From the NCBI GenBank assembly GCA_050175015.1, contig JBFXJJ010000005.1, forward strand, positions 64,001-128,000: a stretch of 64,000 nucleotides of DNA. The letters run 5' to 3'. The notes below the pieces were generated by a model that saw nothing but the letters and a program-made list of their open reading frames with translations, searched no databases and had not been told where the DNA came from. Of the stretch, positions 56,189 through 64,000 are shown in pieces. The translations under genes were made by a program, and so were the position numbers. Within the stretch, counting starts at the first letter, position 1; the number at the start of each line of letters is the position of its first letter. The DNA is from Alphaproteobacteria bacterium (GTDB lineage Bacteria > Pseudomonadota > Alphaproteobacteria > JBFXJJ01).

Positions 56189-57261
56189 AAAGATGCCTTC
56201 AGTCTATTGTCATAATGCCCAGAAGATACAATAGAAACCGAATTTCTTTTTTGAGTATATAAACTAGAATAAAGTTCTGCCGCTAAATCATCATCGGTCC
56301 TGATTGTGATAAAACTAATACGATATTTATTGCAGAAAAGTCTTATCTTCTGTTCCTTATCACTAAACAATTTCACATAAGCTTGGCGCCAGTTTTCGTC
56401 ATCAGCCCGCATCAAAGCGATGTTTTTACCATCAGAAATACGGTAAACGCCATAAGGTGGCGGCTCTTTTTCTAAAATATCATAAACCTTAATGCAAACA
56501 ACATCACAGTGCGCCTTCAAATACAATAATTGCTTCTCAACATCTTCATTATAATCTGAAAAATCGCTGATAACAAAAACAAGGCTTCCTGATATGGCAT
56601 TTTTTTTAATTTCTGCCAAGCTTTTAGATAAGCTGGCTGTAGATTTGGCATTGCTATCCAGCGAACCTTCGACTATAGCATTAAAAAGCCCCATAAGCCT
56701 TTTTCTACTGCGGTGCGCTTTAATCATAACGGCTTTTGAAGCGGATAAAACCAGCCCTCCAATACGATCGTGGTTTTCTAAAGCCGACCAGCCTATAATC
56801 GCACTTATTTTAGACGCTATAACTGACTTAAATGCGGTTCTGGTTGCGAAACGCATTTGTGGTCTTAAATCAGTTAAGACTAAAACCATACGTTCGCGCT
56901 CTTCGTGAAAAACCTTAGTATGAGCTTGCCCCGTCTTGGCTGTAATACGCCAGTCTATGCATCGAATGTCATCGCCTTCCTGATAGATGCGGACTTCATC
57001 AAACTCCATTCCTCGACCACGAAACGGCGATCTATAAGCTCCCGAGCCATATGTTCCAACTTTTTTGGTTGGCTTATTTAAAATGTTTTTGCCATTTAAG
57101 CGAACGGCAAGCAATTCATCTATCGTTACAGCGATACCTTGCTTATTATTGTTTTTACTTGATTTATGATACAAAAGTCCTTTTTCAGTTTTTAATATCT
57201 TTAAGAGTTTATCAAAAACTGTTTTAAATGATTTTGTTTGTTTTTTCAGCTTCTTAACCAT
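56185..57261 (-). CDS. DUF58 family protein
   Basis: GRGMEFDEVR.YQ.GDDIR.IDWR.TA, EERER, ISDF. Confidence 0.93.
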   Translation of the reverse strand: MVKKLKKQTKSFKTVFDKLLKILKTEKGLLYHKSSKNNNKQGIAVTIDELLAVRLNGKNILNKPTKKVGTYGSGAYRSPFRGRGMEFDEVRIYQEGDDIRCIDWRITAKTGQAHTKVFHEERERMVLVLTDLRPQMRFATRTAFKSVIASKISAIIGWSALENHDRIGGLVLSASKAVMIKAHRSRKRLMGLFNAIVEGSLDSNAKSTASLSKSLAEIKKNAISGSLVFVISDFSDYNEDVEKQLLYLKAHCDVVCIKVYDILEKEPPPYGVYRISDGKNIALMRADDENWRQAYVKLFSDKEQKIRLFCNKYRISFITIRTDDDLAAELYSSLYTQKRNSVSIVSSGHYDNRLKASL

Positions 57262-57279
57262 AAATCATTAGAACCTACT

Positions 57280-58269
57280 TTAAGGAAGCGGAACTCTGTT
57301 TAACAAAACATCAATAAAGCTGTCAGGTGTAACCCCTTCAGCCTCAGCTTCAAAAGTCAATAATATTCTATGCCTTAAGGCATCGTGAACAACAGCGTGA
57401 ACATCTTCAGGAGAAACAAAATCTTTTCCCAGCAGCCAAGCTCTTGCTCTAGCTGTACGGTCTATTGCAATCGTTCCTCGAGGTGATGCTCCATAGTTAA
57501 TCCATCTTGCCAATTTATCGCCATATGGCGCTGGATTTCTTGTCGCTACAACTAGCTGCACGATATATTCTTCTAAGGCCGGAGCCATATGTATTTCTAA
57601 AGCCGCATCTCTCGCATTAAAAATTGTTTCTTGAGGAATTTTTAAGAAAACGGGAGGCGGAACTTTTTTGGCTTCATCTCTGACAAGACTTAATATTTTT
57701 CTTTCAGATTCAACATCAGGCTGTCCTATTTTTACATATAAAAGAAAACGGTCTAATTGAGCCTCAGGCAAAGGATATGTCCCTTCCTGTTCAATAGGAT
57801 TTTGGGTTGCCATAACCATAAAAAGACGAGGTAATTTATATGTTTTATTGCCAACTGTGGCTTGTCTTTCTGCCATTGCTTCTAAAAGTGCCGACTGCAC
57901 TTTTGCAGGTGAACGGTTAATTTCATCGGCTAAAATAAGATTATTAAAAATAGGCCCTTGCCTAAACACGAATTCACTAGTTTCTGGTTTAAAAATATCA
58001 CTGCCTGTAATATCGGCGGGAAGCAAATCAGGTGTGAATTGGATACGGCATGACTTACCTTCAATTACATCACTAAGCTCTTTTATCGCTTTTGTTTTAG
58101 CAAGTCCAGGAGCGCCTTCCACTAGCAAATGACCATCTGCAATTAAGGATATAATGATTTTTTCAACTAAATCATTCTGCCCAATAATTCTGGTTTTCAT
58201 ATATTCTAAAAGTCGAGATATGTCTTTTTGGGCTTTTTGAAATTTTTCATTATTCTGAGACATTTCCAT
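57280..58269 (-). CDS. moxR: MoxR family AAA+ ATPase
   Basis: GAPGLAKT, RIQFTPDLLPAD, DEINR, ATQNPIEQEGTYPLPEAQLDRF. Confidence 0.96.
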   Translation of the reverse strand: MEMSQNNEKFQKAQKDISRLLEYMKTRIIGQNDLVEKIIISLIADGHLLVEGAPGLAKTKAIKELSDVIEGKSCRIQFTPDLLPADITGSDIFKPETSEFVFRQGPIFNNLILADEINRSPAKVQSALLEAMAERQATVGNKTYKLPRLFMVMATQNPIEQEGTYPLPEAQLDRFLLYVKIGQPDVESERKILSLVRDEAKKVPPPVFLKIPQETIFNARDAALEIHMAPALEEYIVQLVVATRNPAPYGDKLARWINYGASPRGTIAIDRTARARAWLLGKDFVSPEDVHAVVHDALRHRILLTFEAEAEGVTPDSFIDVLLNRVPLP

Positions 58270-58279
58270 TTTTTATTTC

Positions 58280-59221
58280 CTAACCAATTTTCCTTATCAA
58301 AAGTTCATCAAGTTCTTTTTCTGCTTTTAATCTCATTTCTTCCAAATGGGTAATTTTTAAAAGATTGATAGCTTTGCGGTAATTTTTAATCGCTTTTTCG
58401 AAAGGATTATCAATATTATCTCTGTCGGCAGCTTCTGCCCGTGCTAAATGAAGCATAGCCTCAGCTTGTCCCATAGGATTTGATGCTTTCTCAAAAAGAT
58501 ATACAGCTTTAGCTAAAGCTTTTTTGGAGTTTCTAATATCGCCGATGGAACGCCTTAAGATACCTATACCTGTAAGCGAGCTTGCTTCGCCAATTAAATC
58601 GCCGTTTTCCCTAAACAAAACAACGCTTTTTTCTAAGACATCGTGAGCAATATCATTTTTCTTCAAAAGCATACAAATTCTAGCCATTGCAAGCAATGCT
58701 AAAGCTTCATTTAAGGTGTTGCCGCCCTTATGATAATAATTAGCCGATTTCTTGTATTCGTCCATGGCACTATCTTCCTGCCCTGCTCGTAAAGATATCG
58801 ATGCTCTTAAATCATAGCCTTTTGCTATTCCGATATAATTTGTCTCTTGTTTAAAAATTTCGATTGCAGATAAAACAGCATCTTTCGCTTTTGTTATATC
58901 TTCGGCTTCGATAGCCGTTTCGCACAATTTTAGTAAGATATCACCTCTGGCATTATTATGTTCTGCATCATTTAAAATATTTTTAGCATATTCATAAAGT
59001 TCTGATGCTCTAGATAGATTTTTCTGTGCAAATTCAACATCAGCACACCTTACTATAGCCTCAGCTTCACCGAAAGTATCACCGTTATCTTTATATAGTT
59101 TTGCCGCCATATTAAAAGCTTCTTTGGCTTGTTCAAGTTCATCTTTGTTAAACAAGTCTTCGCCTTCATTGGCGATTCTAGCTGCTTTTGTTACATAGTT
59201 GCCATCTAAAGTTCTAGGCAT
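58280..59221 (-). CDS. Tetratricopeptide repeat protein
   Basis: Repeated GD..GEA helical units. Confidence 0.8.
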   Translation of the reverse strand: MPRTLDGNYVTKAARIANEGEDLFNKDELEQAKEAFNMAAKLYKDNGDTFGEAEAIVRCADVEFAQKNLSRASELYEYAKNILNDAEHNNARGDILLKLCETAIEAEDITKAKDAVLSAIEIFKQETNYIGIAKGYDLRASISLRAGQEDSAMDEYKKSANYYHKGGNTLNEALALLAMARICMLLKKNDIAHDVLEKSVVLFRENGDLIGEASSLTGIGILRRSIGDIRNSKKALAKAVYLFEKASNPMGQAEAMLHLARAEAADRDNIDNPFEKAIKNYRKAINLLKITHLEEMRLKAEKELDELLIRKIG

Positions 59222-59363
59222 TGTAAAAAAACTCCCCTTATTTATTATTTTCCCTTTGTACCTTAATATAGTATATTAATAATACTTTTGCTAGAGTTTG
59301 TAGCAATCTTGTTTTAAGATAGGAATTCCTAAAAAAGTTTTAACAAATGTGGTAATCACTTAA

Positions 59364-61577
59364 ATGAATGATATTTTTGAGCTTTCAGACAGCGACAATA
59401 ATAACAGCTTAACTTATCAAGAGCCACTATGGCTTAAAACTCTAAACCCAGAACAAAGAGAAGCTGTCATACATACCAATGGCCCACTCTTGGTTTTATC
59501 TGGCGCAGGTACGGGAAAAACCCGTGTGCTTGTTTCTAAACTTGCCTATATCATTTTTAATAAAATTGCTAATCCATGGAATTGCTTAGCTGTTACTTTC
59601 ACAAACAAAGCTGCGAATGAAATGAAAGCCCGTGTTTCTGAAATGACAGGCGTTGAAGTTTCAGCTTTATGGCTAGGAACTTTCCACAGTATCTGCGCTA
59701 AAATCTTAAGACGACACGCTGAAAAAGTTAGCTTAAAATCTAACTTCACAATTATTGATGATAACGATCAAAAACATCTCATTACCACAATTATGCAGGA
59801 ATTTGGGCTTGATACTAAAAAGTTTCTCCCCAAAGCTATGGTTGGAATCATAAGCCGCTGGAAAGACCAAGCTCTTACGCCTGATAAAGTAACGCCTTAT
59901 GTTATCGGTTATGATTTTGCTGATGGTTTTGCTTTAAAAATCTATAAAGAATACAATAATCGCCTAAAAACTATGAATTCGGCTGATTTTGGCGATTTAA
60001 TTTTGCTCTGCATTAATTTATTCACCGCTAACCAAGACATCTTGAACCTTTATCAAGATAAATTTCGCTACATAATGGTTGATGAATATCAAGACACTAA
60101 TGTCTCGCAGTATTTGTGGTTAAGACTGCTGGCAATGAAATATAAAAATATCTGCTGTGTTGGAGATGATGATCAATCAATTTACTCTTGGCGCGGCGCC
60201 GAAATATCAAATATTTTAAATTTTGAAAAAGACTTTAATAGCGCCAAAACCGTAAGGTTAGAAAGAAACTATCGTTCTACTAAAAACATATTAGATGGAG
60301 CATCTAATTTAATAGCTTTCAACAAACAGCGGCTTGGCAAAAGGTTGTTTCCCGCTTTTGAAAAAGATGAAGAAAACGAGCAGATTAAAGTTATCAAAAG
60401 TTTAAGCAGCGAAGATGAGGTTACATCTATTATTGAGGAAATTGAAAGCGAACAGCGCCATAAAACTCCGCTTTCTCAAATGGCTATCTTAGTGAGAACA
60501 GCTGCCCTCACCCGTAATTTTGAAGAAAAATTGGTGGCTTATGGTATTCCATACAGAGTTATAGGCGGACTTCGTTTTTATGAACGTATGGAAATAAGAG
60601 ATGTAATTGCATATTTACGAATTTTGCTGCAGCCAGATGACAGCCTTGCCTTTGAACGTGTTATTAATAAACCTAAAAGAGGCATTGGCGATAAGACTTT
60701 AGATACAATTAAAGATTATGCTAATCGCAATAACTTATCTTATTTTATGGCAGCTTACCAACTAATTGAAAATAAAGGGCTACCCACAAAAGTTTCCAAA
60801 ACAATCGATGAGCTAATAAAAGACTTTGCTCGGTGGCATAATATGCTTGATGATAAGTCACCTAGAGAACTCGTAAAAATCATACTTGAAGAAACTGGCT
60901 ATCTTGAAATGTGGCAAAAAGATAAGTCTCAAGAAAGCGCCTCCAGAGTTGAAAACATAAAAGAACTTTTAAGTGTTCTAGATGACAATTTTGCAAGTAT
61001 CGCTGCCTTTTTAGATCACGTAAGCTTAGTAATGGATAAAAATTCTGATAATTATGGAACAGATTATCTCTCCATTATGACCATTCACGCAGCAAAAGGA
61101 CTAGAATTTGACAATGTTTTTCTGCCAGCTTGGGAAGAAAATATCTTTCCCCATTCAATGACACTCTCAGAAAATGGCGAAAATGGCGTTGAAGAAGAAA
61201 GACGCCTTGCTTATGTTGCTATAACCAGAGCAAGGAAAAAGGTCTTCATTTCCTTTGCCTATAGCCGCTTCATATACGGTAATTGGCAAAACAACGTTCC
61301 ATCAAGATTCATTGATGAAATAGGACTTGATAATATTGTTTCTGATAAAGACACTAACCAATTCTCACAATTATCAGAAATGTCTTTTGACTGGCAGCGT
61401 ATTTATGCTAAAAAAGCACAAATTCAAAATAATGTTTTCCACATAGGAGATAAAGTCTTCCATAAACGTTTTGGTAATGGCACAATTATTAGTATGGATT
61501 GTGATAAATTAGAAATTGACTTTGATGACAGTGGCTTGAAAAAAATAATATCTAGTTTTGTGGAAGTTCTAAGATGA
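59364..61577 (+). CDS. uvrD: ATP-dependent DNA helicase UvrD/PcrA
   Basis: GAGTGKT, TFTNKAA, VDEYQD, VGDDDQSIY, NYRS, EERRLAYVAITRA, C-terminal Tudor-like domain. Confidence 0.96.
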   Translation: MNDIFELSDSDNNNSLTYQEPLWLKTLNPEQREAVIHTNGPLLVLSGAGTGKTRVLVSKLAYIIFNKIANPWNCLAVTFTNKAANEMKARVSEMTGVEVSALWLGTFHSICAKILRRHAEKVSLKSNFTIIDDNDQKHLITTIMQEFGLDTKKFLPKAMVGIISRWKDQALTPDKVTPYVIGYDFADGFALKIYKEYNNRLKTMNSADFGDLILLCINLFTANQDILNLYQDKFRYIMVDEYQDTNVSQYLWLRLLAMKYKNICCVGDDDQSIYSWRGAEISNILNFEKDFNSAKTVRLERNYRSTKNILDGASNLIAFNKQRLGKRLFPAFEKDEENEQIKVIKSLSSEDEVTSIIEEIESEQRHKTPLSQMAILVRTAALTRNFEEKLVAYGIPYRVIGGLRFYERMEIRDVIAYLRILLQPDDSLAFERVINKPKRGIGDKTLDTIKDYANRNNLSYFMAAYQLIENKGLPTKVSKTIDELIKDFARWHNMLDDKSPRELVKIILEETGYLEMWQKDKSQESASRVENIKELLSVLDDNFASIAAFLDHVSLVMDKNSDNYGTDYLSIMTIHAAKGLEFDNVFLPAWEENIFPHSMTLSENGENGVEEERRLAYVAITRARKKVFISFAYSRFIYGNWQNNVPSRFIDEIGLDNIVSDKDTNQFSQLSEMSFDWQRIYAKKAQIQNNVFHIGDKVFHKRFGNGTIISMDCDKLEIDFDDSGLKKIISSFVEVLR

Positions 61578-62887
61578 CTGAAAATTTAAAACAGCCGACA
61601 AAAAAGATTATTAAAAAAATTATTCGCAGGGTTGTAAAAAAAGCTGACGATAATCATCAAGTTATTGCCCAAGAGAACACTAATAACCAGCAAAATCAAC
61701 TTGAAAACCAAGCCAGTTTAGAACACCAAAATCCAGCGCCGTTAGGCAATCAAGAGCAGACACACCAAGAAGATAAATTAGGCATGGCATCAATGTTTTC
61801 CCGTATGATGGAAGGACAAGGCGCCATAACAGAAGAAGATTATAAAATCCAAGAAGAAATTGTTAAAAAAGAGCAGCTTATATTAGAAGAAGAAAAAAAA
61901 TTATTGTTAGCAAAAGCTGCGACACAAAAAGCTTATGAAACTAATGCTAAATTTGATGAAAGCGGTTGGGGAGGATATTTTTTTGAATTTGCTTCCGCTG
62001 CTTTTTTTGTAGTCTGCCAGAACCAAATTATTTATGTGAACAAAAAAGCACCAGAACTTTTGCATTATCGCTTTGAAAGTGATTTATTAGAAAAGAAATT
62101 TATTGATTTTATCGATGATAGCTCAAAATCATTATTCGAAAACTCTATAGAAATTTTACTTGAAGAACACAAGACTATAGGAATTAGATTAGTTGGCAAT
62201 GGTGGACGTAAAATAGATGTTGTTATTTCAGCTAGACATGTTCTTGATGATAACTACTTTACATATTTGATAGAAGCTGTTGATATTACGCCTTTGAGAA
62301 AATTAGAAGAAAAAAATCAAAAAAATGAAGAGTTGTTAATCAAAGCATCAGGCTATGATACCATTACGAATCTACCAGAACGTAAGTTTTTTGACGACAG
62401 GCTAGAAAAGTTAATTGCAAGGTCTTTACGCTTTGCTGATGGCAAATTAGAAAAAATAAGAACCCTTGTCGCAATCTTGATTGTTGATATTGACGCTTTT
62501 TCAGAAATAGAAAAACTTTATGGCAAAACCACAGCTGACAAACTGCTTGCAGCCATAGCTGTAAGACTTTCTTCTTGCGTTGATGAGGCTGATACCGTTG
62601 CCAAAAATCAAGATGGTGATCAATTTTTATTGATTATAGAAGGCTATCCAAGCTCTAATAGAATTATTACAACGGAAGATGACATCAAAAATATTGCTGA
62701 ATATATTTTGAAAACACTAAAAAAACCTTTCAATATTATGGGGGAAGATATTGAAATCAGATGCAGCATAGGTATTAGTTATTTCCCTAAACACGGGCGT
62801 ACTTCCCCTCTTCTTCTACGCATTGCTCAAAGTGCCCTTGATGCTATCAAAAGCTCTGGAGGCAATCAATATTTGATTGCAGGATAA
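61574..62887 (+). CDS. PAS + degenerate GGDEF domain protein
   Basis: PAS-like segment, D..T.LP.R, DID.F, active site reads DGDQF, SIGIS.FP. Confidence 0.85.
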   Translation: MTENLKQPTKKIIKKIIRRVVKKADDNHQVIAQENTNNQQNQLENQASLEHQNPAPLGNQEQTHQEDKLGMASMFSRMMEGQGAITEEDYKIQEEIVKKEQLILEEEKKLLLAKAATQKAYETNAKFDESGWGGYFFEFASAAFFVVCQNQIIYVNKKAPELLHYRFESDLLEKKFIDFIDDSSKSLFENSIEILLEEHKTIGIRLVGNGGRKIDVVISARHVLDDNYFTYLIEAVDITPLRKLEEKNQKNEELLIKASGYDTITNLPERKFFDDRLEKLIARSLRFADGKLEKIRTLVAILIVDIDAFSEIEKLYGKTTADKLLAAIAVRLSSCVDEADTVAKNQDGDQFLLIIEGYPSSNRIITTEDDIKNIAEYILKTLKKPFNIMGEDIEIRCSIGISYFPKHGRTSPLLLRIAQSALDAIKSSGGNQYLIAG

Positions 62888-62965
62888 TTTTTTTAATTAT
62901 GCCTAAGATAAGTTCTTGACAAACCATAGAATAAACTTGTAAATATTTTTCTTGAGAAAATTTAT

Positions 62966-63042
62966 GGCGGCTTAGCTCAGTTGGTTAGAGCACAGGAATC
63001 ATAATCCTGGTGTCCCCAGTTCAAATCTGGGAGCCGCTACCA
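62966..63042 (+). tRNA. tRNA-Met(CAT), elongator type
   Basis: GGCGGCTTAGCTCAGTTGGTTAGAGC, CAGGA-ATCATAA-TCCTG, GTTCAAATC, CCA; 77 nt. Confidence 0.93.
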
Positions 63043-63047
63043 AAATT

Positions 63048-63092
63048 AAAAAGAGGTTTCAAGTTTTTTATCTTGAAACCTCTTTTGTTTTT
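63048..63092 (+). terminator. Intrinsic terminator after tRNA-Met
   Basis: AAAAGAGGTTTCAAG...CTTGAAACCTCTTTT. Confidence 0.85.
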
Positions 63093-63180
63093 TTCATAAC
63101 TTCCCCTGTTACTTTTTTAAATCAAAAAAGTTGTTACGTTACAAAAAACGTTAAATTAGATTGTTTTTAAATACCATACA

Positions 63181-63216
63181 AAAAATCCGCTGTTTTTTTT
63201 ATTGCAGCGGATTTTT
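63181..63216 (-). terminator. Intrinsic terminator after the RTX gene
   Basis: AAAAATCCGCTG...CAGCGGATTTTT. Confidence 0.8.
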
Positions 63217-63246
63217 GTTATTTAGATTATTAAGCTGGTCAATAAA

Positions 63247-64000
63247 CTAAACAGCTCTGGCGTGCCAGGTTTGCTCAAGTGTTGAAGCTAATGCATTGTT
63301 CAAGGTTTCGTCTTCGCTTATACTAGACATTCCTTGAGGATTAAATGATGACATCGCCTGTACCAACAAATCTACGCTGCTGCGATCAAGTTCAAAGCCG
63401 TCAGATATTGTAAACTGATCAATTTGAGCATCATCACTGCCATACCAGTTATTAAACACGATAGCATCACTACTGCCCATAATTGATACTTTAAGGTTTT
63501 GTCCTTGTTGACTGAACCACAATTCATCATAATCAGCATTTGATATGTTCATAATATCCGTGCCATCAGCATCTTGATTAACAATGCTGTCAACACCATC
63601 ACCTCGTGCAAACTCATAAGTATCATTGCCAGCGCCACCGTAGAGCGTATCATTACCGTCACCGCCACGTAAAGTATCAGCACCAGCACCGCCAATTAAC
63701 ACGTCGTTATCAGCTCCGCCTTCAAGAATATCATCTCCGGCATCACCTCTTAGGTAATCATTAGCCGAACCACCGAGTATGGTATCATTGCCGTTGTTAC
63801 CATAAGCAACAACTCGAACCGTTGAGTTGGAACCATTAATAACGTCATCTCCGGCTGAACCAATAACATTCTCAATTGAAGTTGCCGCTAGGTCTAAAGT
63901 CATTGCTGTTTGCAGGGTTGCAACATCGGAACCTTCACCACCATTGATCTCAATGTCATCGCTGTCAATGTAAAGACTATCATTACCGTCGCCGCCACGT
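63247..64000 (-). CDS. RTX-type calcium-binding protein, C-terminal part (5' end outside the window)
   Basis: Multiple GGxGxDxLx nonapeptides, LWF...G.NL, V..LVQAM.SF C-terminal T1SS-type region; frame continues to the window edge. Confidence 0.9.
   Translation of the reverse strand, partial: RGGDGNDSLYIDSDDIEINGGEGSDVATLQTAMTLDLAATSIENVIGSAGDDVINGSNSTVRVVAYGNNGNDTILGGSANDYLRGDAGDDILEGGADNDVLIGGAGADTLRGGDGNDTLYGGAGNDTYEFARGDGVDSIVNQDADGTDIMNISNADYDELWFSQQGQNLKVSIMGSSDAIVFNNWYGSDDAQIDQFTISDGFELDRSSVDLLVQAMSSFNPQGMSSISEDETLNNALASTLEQTWHARAV

Noticed and set aside
62966-63042. Initiator tRNA-fMet
   Set aside because: Lacks the three consecutive G-C anticodon-stem pairs and the C1:A72 mismatch; elongator Met preferred, though Ile2 is not fully excluded.

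Overview
AT-rich alphaproteobacterial chromosome segment (host gene order mltB-rlpA-dacA-tmk-holB-tatD-MBL hydrolase; MoxR/Bat operon; uvrD; RTX protein; tRNA-Ser and tRNA-Met; a probable dif site at 47452-47479). It carries an apparently complete Mu-like transposable prophage at 3794..39668 (35,875 bp; TG...CA ends; 5-bp AAAAG target-site duplication; contractile tail), inserted between a DEAD-box helicase gene and tRNA-Ser. The best candidate for an undescribed system is at 21655-23160. There the MuF head-morphogenesis protein has a C-terminal extension resembling a PBECR/BECR-fold RNase and no immunity ORF follows it. Instead a ~123-nt cloverleaf, tRNA-like RNA lies convergently on the minus strand behind its own near-consensus sigma70 promoter, suggesting a tRNA-mimic antitoxin or decoy. 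Other notable prophage elements: a stand-alone NrdD glycyl-radical peptide, twin late promoters followed by SD-occluding hairpins, a holin-lipoprotein fusion, a -1 frameshift in the tail chaperone, a DNA methylase with a structured leader and ssrA-like tail, and a Tir/Osa-like fertility-inhibition moron. All family assignments come from motif and synteny recognition by eye; no database searches were run.
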